A stretch of DNA of 54,647 bases from Bacillaceae bacterium. Lineage in GTDB: Bacteria; Bacillota; Bacilli; Bacillales; Bacillaceae_C. Below are positions 22,315 through 31,507 of the stretch, in pieces. Under the pieces are notes generated by a model. It was not told the origin of the DNA. It saw nothing but the letters and a program-made list of their open reading frames with translations, and searched no databases. Both the position numbers and the translations under genes were made by a program. The stretch is taken from positions 1-54,647 of the forward strand of contig DATBUB010000339.1 in assembly GCA_036516555.1 (NCBI GenBank), in the 5' to 3' direction. Each line of letters opens with the position of its first letter. The first letter of the stretch is position 1.

Positions 22315-22608
22315 ATGGAAGTAACAGATGTGAGACTACGCCGTGTCAACACAGAGGGTAGAATGAGAGCGATTGCTTCGATTACCCTGGATAATGAGTT
22401 TGTTGTTCACGATATCCGCGTTATTGACGGAAACAACGGCCTCTTCGTGGCCATGCCGAGCAAGCGCACTCCGGACGGAGAGTTTCGTGACATCGCTCAT
22501 CCGATCAATTCCAACACTCGCAGCAAAATCCAGGATGTTGTATTGGCAGAATACCATCGCTTGGGAGAAATAGAAGAACTGGAGCTTGAAGAAGCCGGTG
22601 CTTCCTGA
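22315..22608 (+). CDS. spoVG: septation/sporulation regulator SpoVG
   Basis: [64 protein letters not shown] is near-identical to B. subtilis SpoVG. Confidence 0.97.
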   Translation: MEVTDVRLRRVNTEGRMRAIASITLDNEFVVHDIRVIDGNNGLFVAMPSKRTPDGEFRDIAHPINSNTRSKIQDVVLAEYHRLGEIEELELEEAGAS

Positions 22609-22624
22609 TCATAAAACTGCAACA

Positions 22625-22657
22625 AGAGCCTACTGGTAAAGTAAGGCTCTTTTTTTG
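22625..22657 (+). terminator. rho-independent terminator after spoVG
   Basis: Stem agagcctac / gtaaggctct (one bulge), followed by a T7 run. Confidence 0.8.
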
Positions 22658-22797
22658 ATGCCAATAAAGCGTAGATAAAGGTTTTTCCACCCCTCCGCAA
22701 AATTGACGATTTTATGCTTTTCCCTCCGTTTCCTTGAAAAAATGCAGTTTTTAAGATATATTCGTAATGGAAAAAAAGGTTTACTGGAGGACCGTTT

Positions 22798-24171
22798 ATG
22801 ATAAATAGATTCGCTGTAATTCTGGCTGCAGGTCAAGGAACGCGAATGAAATCCAAATTATATAAAGTGCTTCACCCGGTTTGCGGGAAGCCGATGGTAG
22901 AACATGTTGTTGACAATATTTCGCATTTGAACCCCGAGAAAACCGTGACGGTGGTAGGCCATGGGGCGGAGTTGGTCCAAACGGTTCTGGAGGGGAAAAG
23001 TGAGTTTGTCCTTCAGGCGGAACAGTTGGGTACAGCCCATGCGGTGATGCAGGCGAGAGAGGCTTTGAGCGGAAAAAAAGGAACCACCCTCGTCATTTGC
23101 GGAGATACACCGCTGATCAAAGCTGAAACCATGGAAGCATTGATCCGCCAGCATGAGGAGCAAGGGGGAAAGGCCACCATACTGACAGCCTACACGGAGC
23201 AGCCTGACGGTTACGGCAGAATCATCCGCAATGAGCAAGGCTTTGTCGAGCGCATCGTTGAACATAAAGATGCAAACGAAGCGGAAAGAAACGTGAAAGA
23301 AATCAACACTGGCACTTACTGCTTTGACAACGAAGCCCTGTTTAAGGCGCTTGAGAAAGTATCCAATGAAAATGCACAGGGTGAATATTACCTTCCGGAT
23401 GTGATTGAAATTCTGAAATCACAGGGCGATCCAGTGTCTGCCTATCAAACAGGCGATTTCAGCGAAACACTCGGCATCAATGACCGTGTGGCGCTGTCTG
23501 AGGCGGAAAGGACCATGAGGCTGCGCATCAATGAACAGCATATGCGCAACGGAGTCACCATCATCGATCCAAATAATACGTATATCGATCAAGATGTTGT
23601 GATTGGCCGTGATACCGTCCTCTACCCGGGAACAGTACTGCAAGGGAAAACGGTTATCGGTGAAGATTGCATCCTTGGGCCCAATACAGAAGTCAAAAAT
23701 TGTGAAATAGGTAACGAAACGGCTTTGAGGCATTCTGTCGCCCATGACAGCTTCATCGGTTCCAAAGTGGCTATCGGGCCTTTTGCCCATATCCGTCCGC
23801 ACTCTAGCTTGCATGATGAGGTTAAAATCGGCAATTTTGTAGAAATTAAGAAAGCTGATTTTGGAAAGGGAAGCAAAGCATCCCACCTGAGCTATATCGG
23901 CGATGCGGAAGTCGGAAGCGGAGTCAACATCGGCTGCGGTTCGATTACGGTCAACTATGACGGCAAAAACAAGCATCTGACCAAAATTGAAGACGATGTG
24001 TTTGTCGGCTGCAATTCCAATCTGGTTGCCCCGGTAACGGTTGGAAAAGGGGCGTATATTGCAGCAGGATCAACCATCACAAAAGATGTCCCAGGGGAGT
24101 CTTTGTCCATCGCGCGGGCTCGCCAGGTCAATAAAGAACATTATGTGCAGAAATTAAATTTGAAAAAATAA
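22798..24171 (+). CDS. glmU: bifunctional UDP-N-acetylglucosamine diphosphorylase / glucosamine-1-phosphate N-acetyltransferase
   Basis: [15 protein letters not shown]-terminal motif and C-terminal hexapeptide repeats. 457 aa. Confidence 0.96.
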   Translation: MINRFAVILAAGQGTRMKSKLYKVLHPVCGKPMVEHVVDNISHLNPEKTVTVVGHGAELVQTVLEGKSEFVLQAEQLGTAHAVMQAREALSGKKGTTLVICGDTPLIKAETMEALIRQHEEQGGKATILTAYTEQPDGYGRIIRNEQGFVERIVEHKDANEAERNVKEINTGTYCFDNEALFKALEKVSNENAQGEYYLPDVIEILKSQGDPVSAYQTGDFSETLGINDRVALSEAERTMRLRINEQHMRNGVTIIDPNNTYIDQDVVIGRDTVLYPGTVLQGKTVIGEDCILGPNTEVKNCEIGNETALRHSVAHDSFIGSKVAIGPFAHIRPHSSLHDEVKIGNFVEIKKADFGKGSKASHLSYIGDAEVGSGVNIGCGSITVNYDGKNKHLTKIEDDVFVGCNSNLVAPVTVGKGAYIAAGSTITKDVPGESLSIARARQVNKEHYVQKLNLKK

Positions 24172-24184
24172 CCGGAGGTCCCTC

Positions 24185-25144
24185 ATGTCTAACCAATATC
24201 TTGATCCAAGCTTGAAAATCTTTTCGTTGAATTCCAACCGTGCCCTGGCCCATGAAATTGCCAAGGTTGTTGGGGTTGAGCTTGGTAAATGTTCCGTTAA
24301 TCAATTCAGCGACGGTGAAATCCAAATCAATATTGAAGAGAGCATCCGCGGCTGTGATGTTTATATCATTCAATCAACTAGTTCCCCCGTCAACCACAAT
24401 CTGATGGAGCTTTTGATCATGATTGATGCACTGAAGCGGGCTTCAGCAAAAACAATCAATATTGTCATCCCATACTATGGATACGCCAGACAGGACAGGA
24501 AGGCAAGAGCGAGGGAACCGATCACCGCGAAGCTTGTCGCTAACCTGATTGAAACGGCTGGTGCAACACGCGTTATTACGCTGGACCTCCATGCACCGCA
24601 AATTCAGGGATTCTTCGATATTCCGATCGACCATTTAATGGGCGTGCCTATCCTCGGTGATTATTTCAAACAAAAGAACATCAACCGGGAAGATGTGGTT
24701 ATTGTATCGCCAGACCATGGCGGCGTGACGCGGGCACGCAAGCTCGCTGACCGTCTGAAGGCTCCGATTGCCATCATCGATAAACGCAGACCGCGTCCTA
24801 ACGTGGCGGAAGTCATGAACATTGTGGGTAACGTCGATGGCAAGATCGCCATTTTGATCGATGATATCATTGATACGGCAGGCACCATCACGCTTGCAGC
24901 AAACGCATTGACCGAAAGCGGAGCGAAGGAAGTGTACGCATGCTGCACGCATCCGGTACTGTCCGGCCCGGCCATTGAACGGATTGAAAACTCCAACATC
25001 AAAGAATTGGTCGTCACCAATTCCATCGATTTGCCGGAAGAAAAGAAAATCAGCAAGATTAAAGAATTGTCCGTTGCTCCATTGATCGGGGAAGCGATTA
25101 TCCGAGTACATGAGAACCAATCCGTCAGCACATTATTTGACTGA
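24185..25144 (+). CDS. prs: ribose-phosphate diphosphokinase
   Basis: [11 protein letters not shown] and the PRPP-binding loop [12 protein letters not shown]. 319 aa. Confidence 0.96.
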   Translation: MSNQYLDPSLKIFSLNSNRALAHEIAKVVGVELGKCSVNQFSDGEIQINIEESIRGCDVYIIQSTSSPVNHNLMELLIMIDALKRASAKTINIVIPYYGYARQDRKARAREPITAKLVANLIETAGATRVITLDLHAPQIQGFFDIPIDHLMGVPILGDYFKQKNINREDVVIVSPDHGGVTRARKLADRLKAPIAIIDKRRPRPNVAEVMNIVGNVDGKIAILIDDIIDTAGTITLAANALTESGAKEVYACCTHPVLSGPAIERIENSNIKELVVTNSIDLPEEKKISKIKELSVAPLIGEAIIRVHENQSVSTLFD

Positions 25145-25156
25145 TGCTGATACAGG

Positions 25157-25185
25157 AAAGGCTGCCCTGCTGAGGGCGGCCTTTT
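25157..25185 (+). terminator. rho-independent terminator after prs
   Basis: Stem aaaggctgccct / agggcggccttt with loop gctg, followed by a short T-run. Confidence 0.7.
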
Positions 25186-25197
25186 CGATTATTTGAG

Positions 25198-25223
25198 GTT
25201 TAATCATGTGTATGTTAGGGTAA
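25198..25223 (+). promoter_or_regulatory. sigma-B promoter of ctc
   Basis: GTTTAA (25198-25203), 14 nt, GGGTAA (25218-25223). This is very close to the classic B. subtilis ctc sigma-B promoter GTTTAA-N14-GGGTAT. Confidence 0.7.
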
Positions 25224-25274
25224 ATATAGAGATAGGCATTGTGATACATATCAGGGAGAGGGTGGATTTAAGCT

Positions 25275-25883
25275 ATGAGTACTGTATTGAAAGCAAAATC
25301 GCGGACAAATGGACCAAGATCGATTTTGACTGAACATCGGAAACAAGGTTATATCCCCGCTGTTGTTTATGGATTTAAAGCGGAGAACACCCCTGTTTTT
25401 GTTAGCGCGGCCGATTTTATCAAAACAATCAGGGAAGTTGGCCGAAACGGCGTCATTTCCCTCCAGTTGGATGATAAGCAGCAAAATGTCGTCCTGAATG
25501 AATACCAGGAAGATCCGCTGAGGAATGAAATCATCCATGTAGATTTTCTGGCTGTTGATCTTTCCCAGGAAATTCAGGCAAACGTGCGTGTGGAACTGTC
25601 GGAAGACTCCGTTGGCGTTAAAAACGGCGGTGTGCTTCAGCAGATTCTTCATGAACTGACAGTCACAGCCAAGCCTGATCAAATACCGGATGCCATCCAG
25701 GTGGATGTGTCAGCGCTTGAAATTGGGGACACTGTCTCGGTGGGAGAAATCCGATCCAAGCATTCGGTCACCATCAACCATGAGGATGATGACATCATTG
25801 CTTCCATCCTTGCACCAAGAACGGCCGATGAAACAGAAGAAGCCGAACCGGAAGCAGCAAATGAAGGCGGAGCGGAAGAATAA
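25275..25883 (+). CDS. ctc: 50S ribosomal protein L25 / general stress protein Ctc
   Basis: L25/Ctc N-terminal domain (...GYIPAVVYG...), acidic C-terminal tail, 202 aa, syntenic between prs and pth. Confidence 0.93.
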   Translation: MSTVLKAKSRTNGPRSILTEHRKQGYIPAVVYGFKAENTPVFVSAADFIKTIREVGRNGVISLQLDDKQQNVVLNEYQEDPLRNEIIHVDFLAVDLSQEIQANVRVELSEDSVGVKNGGVLQQILHELTVTAKPDQIPDAIQVDVSALEIGDTVSVGEIRSKHSVTINHEDDDIIASILAPRTADETEEAEPEAANEGGAEE

Positions 25884-25897
25884 AATTATTGCCCTTA

Positions 25898-25922
25898 GGC
25901 GCAGCCCCAAAGTGCGGCTGCG
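25898..25922 (+). repeat. 25-nt hairpin repeat, copy 1 (directly after the ctc stop)
   Basis: GGCGCAGCCCCAAAGTGCGGCTGCG is identical to 26090-26114. It forms an 8-bp stem gcgcagcc / ggctgcgc. Both copies are followed by CTGATT. Confidence 0.85.
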
Positions 25923-25963
25923 CTGATTCATTTTGCTGATAATATTATTTTTCCCAGCATTAT

Positions 25964-26089
25964 CAGACTGAATGAAAACGCTTGTCTTTCGAGGCGCGAA
26001 GCCCCCTGAGGAGCGGATTTGCCTTATCCGGCAATGAGCACCGCAAGGGGGCAATGCAACAAAGAAAGCGAGCGTTTGCCATCAGTCTG
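25964..26089 (+). other. ~126-nt extended imperfect hairpin (candidate structured RNA or repetitive extragenic element)
   Basis: Nested complementary blocks seen by eye: CAGACTGA/TCAGTCTG, AAACGCT/AGCGTTT, CTTTC/GAAAG, GCCCCCT/AGGGGGC, GCGG/CCGC. A separate 8-bp hairpin ctgataat/attatcag lies at 25936-25966. Confidence 0.5.
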
Positions 26090-26126
26090 GGCGCAGCCCC
26101 AAAGTGCGGCTGCGTCTGATTTTTTT
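26090..26126 (+). terminator. 25-nt hairpin repeat, copy 2, with T-run (probable functional ctc terminator)
   Basis: The same 25-mer as 25898-25922, followed by tctgaTTTTTTT. Confidence 0.65.
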
Positions 26127-26127
26127 G

Positions 26128-26155
26128 TTGTGAACGAAAGGCTTTCCGGTATAAT
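26128..26155 (+). promoter_or_regulatory. possible sigma-A promoter of pth
   Basis: TTGTGA (26128-26133), 16 nt, TATAAT (26150-26155). A 7-bp hairpin agccggg/cccggct lies in the leader. Confidence 0.4.
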
Positions 26156-26209
26156 AGAAGAAGCCGGGATGCACCCGGCTGTGCAGTACAATCATTGGGG
26201 TGTATGGAA

Positions 26210-26776
26210 ATGAAATTAATCGCCGGACTGGGGAACCCCGGTTCTATTTATGATAAGACAAGACATAATATTGGTTTTGAAGTGATAGATAAGCTGGCTG
26301 ACCGGTTTGGTTCGCCTCTAAACCAGTCGAAATTCAACGGCCTGTTTACCATTGTCCATAAGAACGGCCAGAAAATCATCCTCTTGAAACCCCTCACATA
26401 TATGAATCTTTCGGGTGAAAGCATCCGTCCGATTATGGATTATTACGATATTCCGATTGAGGATCTCGTTGTCATTTACGATGACCTGGATCTCCCTGTC
26501 GGCAAAATCAGGCTTAGGCAAAAGGGCAGTGCCGGCGGGCATAACGGCATCAAATCAACCATCGCCCATCTGGGCACACAGGAATTTAACCGGATACGGA
26601 TCGGCATTGACAGGCCTCCGGCGGGGATGAAGGTTCCCGATTATGTGCTGGGGAAATTCCGAAAAGAAGAATGGGAGAGCATTCAAACGGTGATTGAAAC
26701 GAGTGCGGATGCCTGTGAAGAGTGGCTTGAAAAACCGTTTCTGGAAGTGATGAATCGTTTTAATGCAAAAGGATGA
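26210..26776 (+). CDS. pth: peptidyl-tRNA hydrolase
   Basis: [21 protein letters not shown]...GHNG. The ATG at 26210 is 8 nt from GGGGTG. The ORF is open from 26195. Confidence 0.95.
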   Translation: MKLIAGLGNPGSIYDKTRHNIGFEVIDKLADRFGSPLNQSKFNGLFTIVHKNGQKIILLKPLTYMNLSGESIRPIMDYYDIPIEDLVVIYDDLDLPVGKIRLRQKGSAGGHNGIKSTIAHLGTQEFNRIRIGIDRPPAGMKVPDYVLGKFRKEEWESIQTVIETSADACEEWLEKPFLEVMNRFNAKG

Positions 26777-26804
26777 ATAACTCCTGCAGGCGCTGTTCAT
26801 ACTA
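26775..26804 (+). promoter_or_regulatory. forespore (sigma-F/sigma-G type) promoter of fin
   Basis: GAATA (26775-26779), 18 nt, CATACTA (26798-26804) fits GHATR-N18-CATnHTA exactly. The -35 overlaps the pth stop codon. The -10 lies inside the palindrome CTGTTCA-N6-TGAACAG (26793-26812). Confidence 0.6.
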
Positions 26805-26834
26805 GTGAACAGTTCTATTGCAAGGAGGATTGCA

Positions 26835-27065
26835 ATGTCCATCCAATATTACTGCCGCCACTGTGCTGCAAAGATCGGCACCATCGGGGAAGTCTCAGTC
26901 CACTCGGAACAGCTTGGGCTTCATACTTTAACAGACCAGGAAAGACAAGAAATGGTACATTACAGCAGTGAAGGCGATATTCATATAAAATCGATTTGCG
27001 AGGATTGCCATGAAGCGCTTCTGCAAAATCCCGATTTGCATCAATATGACTATTTCATTCACTGA
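26835..27065 (+). CDS. fin: anti-sigma-F factor Fin (YabK)
   Basis: MSIQYYCRHCAAKIG...ICEDCHEALLQNP..H.Y..FI parallels B. subtilis Fin (MALHYYCRHCGVKVG...ICEDCQEAL). AAGGAGG RBS. The ORF is open from 26805. Confidence 0.9.
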   Translation: MSIQYYCRHCAAKIGTIGEVSVHSEQLGLHTLTDQERQEMVHYSSEGDIHIKSICEDCHEALLQNPDLHQYDYFIH

Positions 27066-27122
27066 ACAGCTTTGGATCTGCCATCCAAAGCATTTTTCCA
27101 TTTCTTGAAATGAGGAGAAATC

Positions 27123-30100
27123 ATGCAAGAATTACTGAAATTGATGGTAGAGCAAAATGAAATTCAGTCCATCCTATCAGGTGTTGAGGAGAATCTGAGG
27201 GAACAGCTTGTTGCCGGATTATCCGGATCGGCGAGGTCGGTCTTTATTGCAGCGGCTGCCGAAAAAAACCAGAAATCTATTTTGGTCGTTACCCACAATC
27301 TCCTCCAAGCCCAAAAGCTCTATGAAGATTTGGGGCAATTTGTGGACGAGGATAAACTGTACCTTTACCCGGCCAATGAACTGATAGCATCAGAGCTGGG
27401 GATTGCAAGCCCGGAACTCAGGGCTCAGAGGATTGAGACGCTTAACTATATGTCGTCCGGAAAGCCGGGCGTTTTTGTCGTGCCGATGGCCGGCTTGAGA
27501 AAGCTGCTGCCTCCGCCGGCCGAATGGCTGCGTTACCAGCTTCACTTCCGGATAGGGGAAGAAATTGACCTGGATGGGACTATTCAAAAGCTGGTCGATA
27601 TGGGATACAGCAGGGCTGACATGGTCGGAACACCCGGAGAATTCAGTGTCAGGGGCGGCATCATCGATCTTTATCCTTTGACGGAGACAAATCCCATCCG
27701 GATTGAATTGTTTGATATAGAGGTTGATTCCATCCGGACATTTTCCACTGAGGATCAGCGCTCCATCGACAAGCTGGAGTCCATCTTCATTGGTCCGGCA
27801 ACAGAGTCCCCTGTGGACAGACAGCAGCTTGAACTGGCGGCTCAGAAGCTGGAACATGGTCTTGGGCAGTCCTTGAAGAAATTAAAAAGTGAAACTTCAA
27901 GAGAAAGGCTTGCCCAAAATACAGGAGCAGATCTTGAACAGCTGAAGAACGGGCAAAAGCCGGAGCAATTTTTCAAATATCTCTCCTACGCCTATGACAG
28001 GGCAGGAAGTTTGCTAGACTATGTTTCTACGATCACCTTGCTTGTTTTCGATGAGATGAGCCGGGTGCAGGAAATGAATGACCGGCTTGAAAAGGAGGAA
28101 GCGGAATGGGTGACTTCCCTCCTTGAACAGGGCGAAATCATTCATGGAATCGACATTTCCCATCAGCTGCAGGGGCTGTTATCAGAAAGCCGTTTGCCGC
28201 GGTTGTTTCTGTCCCTTTTCCTGCGGCATATTCCGAATACAAGCCCGCAGAATATCGCAAACATCACATGCAAGCTTATGCAAAATTTCCATGGCCAGAT
28301 GCATCTGCTGAAAGCTGAAACGGAACGCTGGAAGAGAAACCGCTACTCGGTGGTCTTTCTGGCGCCGAACGAGCAGCGCGTCAAAAAGCTTCAATCCGTT
28401 CTCGAAGACTACGGGATTGAAGCTGCGCCAGGCACGGCTGCAAGTCCCTTGGCTCCGGGAATCCATATCATCCAAGGAGCGTTGAACGGCGGTTTTGAAG
28501 TGCCCGCTTCCAAGCTGGCTGTCATTACAGAAGAGGAAGTATTTAATAAAAAGACACGAAAATCCAAACGCCGGCAAAAGCTTTCCAATGCCGAAAGGAT
28601 CAAATCCTATTCTGAATTGAATCCCGGTGATTATGTGGTCCATGTAAACCACGGAATCGGCAAATACTTGGGGATTGAGACGCTCGTGATCAATGGTGTC
28701 CACAAGGATTACCTGCATATCAAGTATCAGGCGAGCGACAAGCTGTATGTGCCGGTCGAGCAGATTGAACTTGTCCAGAAATACGTTGGATCTGAAGGAA
28801 AGGAACCGAAGGTATACAAGCTCGGCGGAAGCGACTGGAAACGGGTCAAGAAAAAAGTAGAGTCCTCCGTCAAGGATATAGCAGATGACCTCATCAAGCT
28901 TTATGCAGAACGGGAAGCGGCAAAAGGCTATGCCTTTACCCCGGACAGCGATCTGCAGAGGGAATTCGAAGCCTCTTTTCCTTACCAGGAAACGGAGGAT
29001 CAGCTGAGGTCCATCCTCGAGATCAAAAGGGATATGGAGCGGGAGCGCCCCATGGACCGGCTGCTCTGCGGCGATGTTGGCTACGGTAAAACAGAAGTGG
29101 CGATCCGTGCCGCCTTTAAAGCTATCATGGATGGGAAGCAGGTTGCCTTCCTGGTACCGACGACCATCTTGGCGCAGCAGCACTTTGAAACAGTGAAGGA
29201 ACGGTTCCAGGATTATCCGATCAATATTGGCCTGCTAAGCCGGTTCCGTTCTAAAAAACAACAATCAGAAACGAAAAAAGGATTAAAAAACGGGACGGTG
29301 GATATCGTCATAGGAACACACAGGCTGCTGTCCAAGGATATCCAGTTTGCCGATCTTGGTCTGTTGATCATTGATGAAGAGCAGCGTTTTGGCGTTACCC
29401 ATAAAGAAAAAATCAAGCAGCTGAAGACGAACGTGGACGTCCTGACCCTCACAGCGACTCCGATTCCCCGAACGCTTCATATGTCGATGCTCGGGGTACG
29501 GGACCTGTCTGTCATTGAGACACCGCCGGAAAACCGATTTCCGGTCCAAACGTATGTCATGGAATACAACGGTTCCCTCATTAAAGAAGCCATCGAACGT
29601 GAATTGGCCAGGGATGGACAGATTTATTTTCTCTATAACAGGGTGGAAGACATCGAGCGAAAAGCGGAGGAAATTTCGATGCTTGTCCCGGATGCACGTG
29701 TAGCCTACGCTCATGGACAAATGACGGAGGCGGAGCTGGAAGCCGTCATCCTTGGATTTTTAGACGGGGAGTTTGACGTCCTGGTCACCACCACCATCAT
29801 CGAAACAGGTGTTGATATCCCGAATGTGAACACCCTTATCGTATTTGATGCGGACAAGATGGGGCTGTCTCAGCTATATCAATTGAGGGGACGAGTGGGG
29901 AGGTCCAACCGGATTGCCTACGCCTACTTTACGTATCGAAAAGACAAAGTTTTGACCGAGGTGGCTGAGAAAAGGCTGCAGGCCATCAAGGAATTTACAG
30001 AGCTTGGATCAGGCTTTAAAATCGCCATGCGAGACCTGTCCATCCGTGGAGCAGGGAACCTTCTCGGTGCCCAGCAGCACGGGTTCATCGATTCTGTCGG

Positions 30101-30635
30101 ATTTGATTTGTATTCACAAATGCTTAAGGAAGCGATTGATGAGAGGAAGGGAGATATCCCGGCCCAGGAGGTCCCATCTTTTGAAGTGGAAATTGAGCTG
30201 GATGCTTATATACCTGATGCCTATATCGGGGATAGCCAGCAAAAGATTGAAATGTACAAACGCTTCCGAAATGTCGCCACATTGGAAGATTTGGAAGAGC
30301 TGAGAGAAGAGATGATCGACCGGTTCGGCGACTATCCGCACGAGGTGGGCTACCTGTTTGCGGTGGCGGAAATGAAGGTTTATGCGAGACACGCAAAGTT
30401 GGAATCCATCAAGCAGACTAAAACCGATGTGGCCATTTACGCGTCCGAAGAGGGGACGAAGGAAATAGATGGTGCCAAAGTGTTTGCAATCTGCAGCAAA
30501 CATGGCAGGGCGGTCGGACTAGGGATGGAAGGAAACAGGCTTAAAATTTCGATCCAAACTTCAAGGATGCAAACAGATGATTGGCTGGCCATTGCGGCAG
30601 ACATCATTAAAAATATGGAGAGCGCAAAAAAATAA
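27123..30635 (+). CDS. mfd: transcription-repair coupling factor Mfd
   Basis: 1170 aa. CarD/RID domain (GDYVVHVNHGIGKY), helicase motifs GDVGYGKTEVA and DEEQRFG, TRG region. Confidence 0.97.
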   Translation: MQELLKLMVEQNEIQSILSGVEENLREQLVAGLSGSARSVFIAAAAEKNQKSILVVTHNLLQAQKLYEDLGQFVDEDKLYLYPANELIASELGIASPELRAQRIETLNYMSSGKPGVFVVPMAGLRKLLPPPAEWLRYQLHFRIGEEIDLDGTIQKLVDMGYSRADMVGTPGEFSVRGGIIDLYPLTETNPIRIELFDIEVDSIRTFSTEDQRSIDKLESIFIGPATESPVDRQQLELAAQKLEHGLGQSLKKLKSETSRERLAQNTGADLEQLKNGQKPEQFFKYLSYAYDRAGSLLDYVSTITLLVFDEMSRVQEMNDRLEKEEAEWVTSLLEQGEIIHGIDISHQLQGLLSESRLPRLFLSLFLRHIPNTSPQNIANITCKLMQNFHGQMHLLKAETERWKRNRYSVVFLAPNEQRVKKLQSVLEDYGIEAAPGTAASPLAPGIHIIQGALNGGFEVPASKLAVITEEEVFNKKTRKSKRRQKLSNAERIKSYSELNPGDYVVHVNHGIGKYLGIETLVINGVHKDYLHIKYQASDKLYVPVEQIELVQKYVGSEGKEPKVYKLGGSDWKRVKKKVESSVKDIADDLIKLYAEREAAKGYAFTPDSDLQREFEASFPYQETEDQLRSILEIKRDMERERPMDRLLCGDVGYGKTEVAIRAAFKAIMDGKQVAFLVPTTILAQQHFETVKERFQDYPINIGLLSRFRSKKQQSETKKGLKNGTVDIVIGTHRLLSKDIQFADLGLLIIDEEQRFGVTHKEKIKQLKTNVDVLTLTATPIPRTLHMSMLGVRDLSVIETPPENRFPVQTYVMEYNGSLIKEAIERELARDGQIYFLYNRVEDIERKAEEISMLVPDARVAYAHGQMTEAELEAVILGFLDGEFDVLVTTTIIETGVDIPNVNTLIVFDADKMGLSQLYQLRGRVGRSNRIAYAYFTYRKDKVLTEVAEKRLQAIKEFTELGSGFKIAMRDLSIRGAGNLLGAQQHGFIDSVGFDLYSQMLKEAIDERKGDIPAQEVPSFEVEIELDAYIPDAYIGDSQQKIEMYKRFRNVATLEDLEELREEMIDRFGDYPHEVGYLFAVAEMKVYARHAKLESIKQTKTDVAIYASEEGTKEIDGAKVFAICSKHGRAVGLGMEGNRLKISIQTSRMQTDDWLAIAADIIKNMESAKK

Positions 30636-30864
30636 TGTCGGCTGACCTTTATTTGTCAGATGTTTTTCTCTCATGAAGTTGAAAAAGCAGCCAAAAAAAT
30701 CAGGAACGATGAATAGAACCGGCTGGATGAAAGATACTAATTTCAACAACTCATGACAAAGAATTGAAAAAACGGAAGCAAAGCATCTTCGCAACATACT
30801 TCCGGCCTGCCAATCCGCCGGCCAGCTTCCGGGAAATCATCTGATGAAAGAGAGGCAACTTAGG

Positions 30865-31401
30865 ATGAAAGCAACAGGAATAGTTCGTCGTATTGATGAT
30901 TTGGGCAGAGTGGTCATTCCGAAAGAAATCAGAAGAACACTGAGAATCCGTGAAGGAGATCCTTTAGAGATTTTTGTAGACCGCGACGGAGAGGTCATTT
31001 TGAAAAAATACTCACCCATCAATGAGTTGGGAGACTTTGCAAAAGAGTATTGTGAGGCATTGTATGACAGCCTGGGCAGCTCCGTTTTGATTTGTGACAG
31101 GGATAGCATTATCGCTGTGGCGGGCGGTTCGAAGAAGGAGTACCTCAACAAAAGCAATGGGGACATGATTGAGAAGTCAATGGACGACCGCTCATCCAGG
31201 CTTGAAACAAACGCGGGAAGCGTATCTTTGGTTGACGGCCATGAGGAGGACCTTGCCTCCTATGCCATCGCGCCCATCATTGCAAACGGCGATCCGATTG
31301 GAGCTGTAGTAATTTTCTCAAAAGACCGAACCATCGGCGAGGTCGAACAAAAATCGGCTGAAACCGCAGCCAGCTTCCTCGCGAGACAGATGGAATCGTA
31401 A
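30865..31401 (+). CDS. spoVT: stage V sporulation regulator SpoVT (AbrB-type SpoVT/AbrB domain plus GAF)
   Basis: MKATGIVRRIDDLGRVVIPKEIRRTLRIREGDPLEIFVDRDGEVILKKYSPI is near-identical to B. subtilis SpoVT. A weak sigma-G-like GAATA-17-GATACTA lies at 30711-30739. Confidence 0.96.
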   Translation: MKATGIVRRIDDLGRVVIPKEIRRTLRIREGDPLEIFVDRDGEVILKKYSPINELGDFAKEYCEALYDSLGSSVLICDRDSIIAVAGGSKKEYLNKSNGDMIEKSMDDRSSRLETNAGSVSLVDGHEEDLASYAIAPIIANGDPIGAVVIFSKDRTIGEVEQKSAETAASFLARQMES

Positions 31402-31426
31402 TTCAATAAACTGATGCAACACTGTG

Positions 31427-31453
31427 GGCCTGGCGTTAAGCCAGGCCTGTTTT
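31427..31453 (+). terminator. rho-independent terminator after spoVT
   Basis: Perfect stem ggcctggc / gccaggcc with loop gttaa, followed by TGTTTTA. Confidence 0.7.
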
Positions 31454-31507
31454 ATGTTATAATACAGACTGCTATGCAGAATAATGTAGAGAAAGGCGAG
31501 GGAGAGC

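Noticed and set aside
28182-29183. 333-aa minus-strand ORF.
   Set aside because: It is an antisense shadow within mfd.
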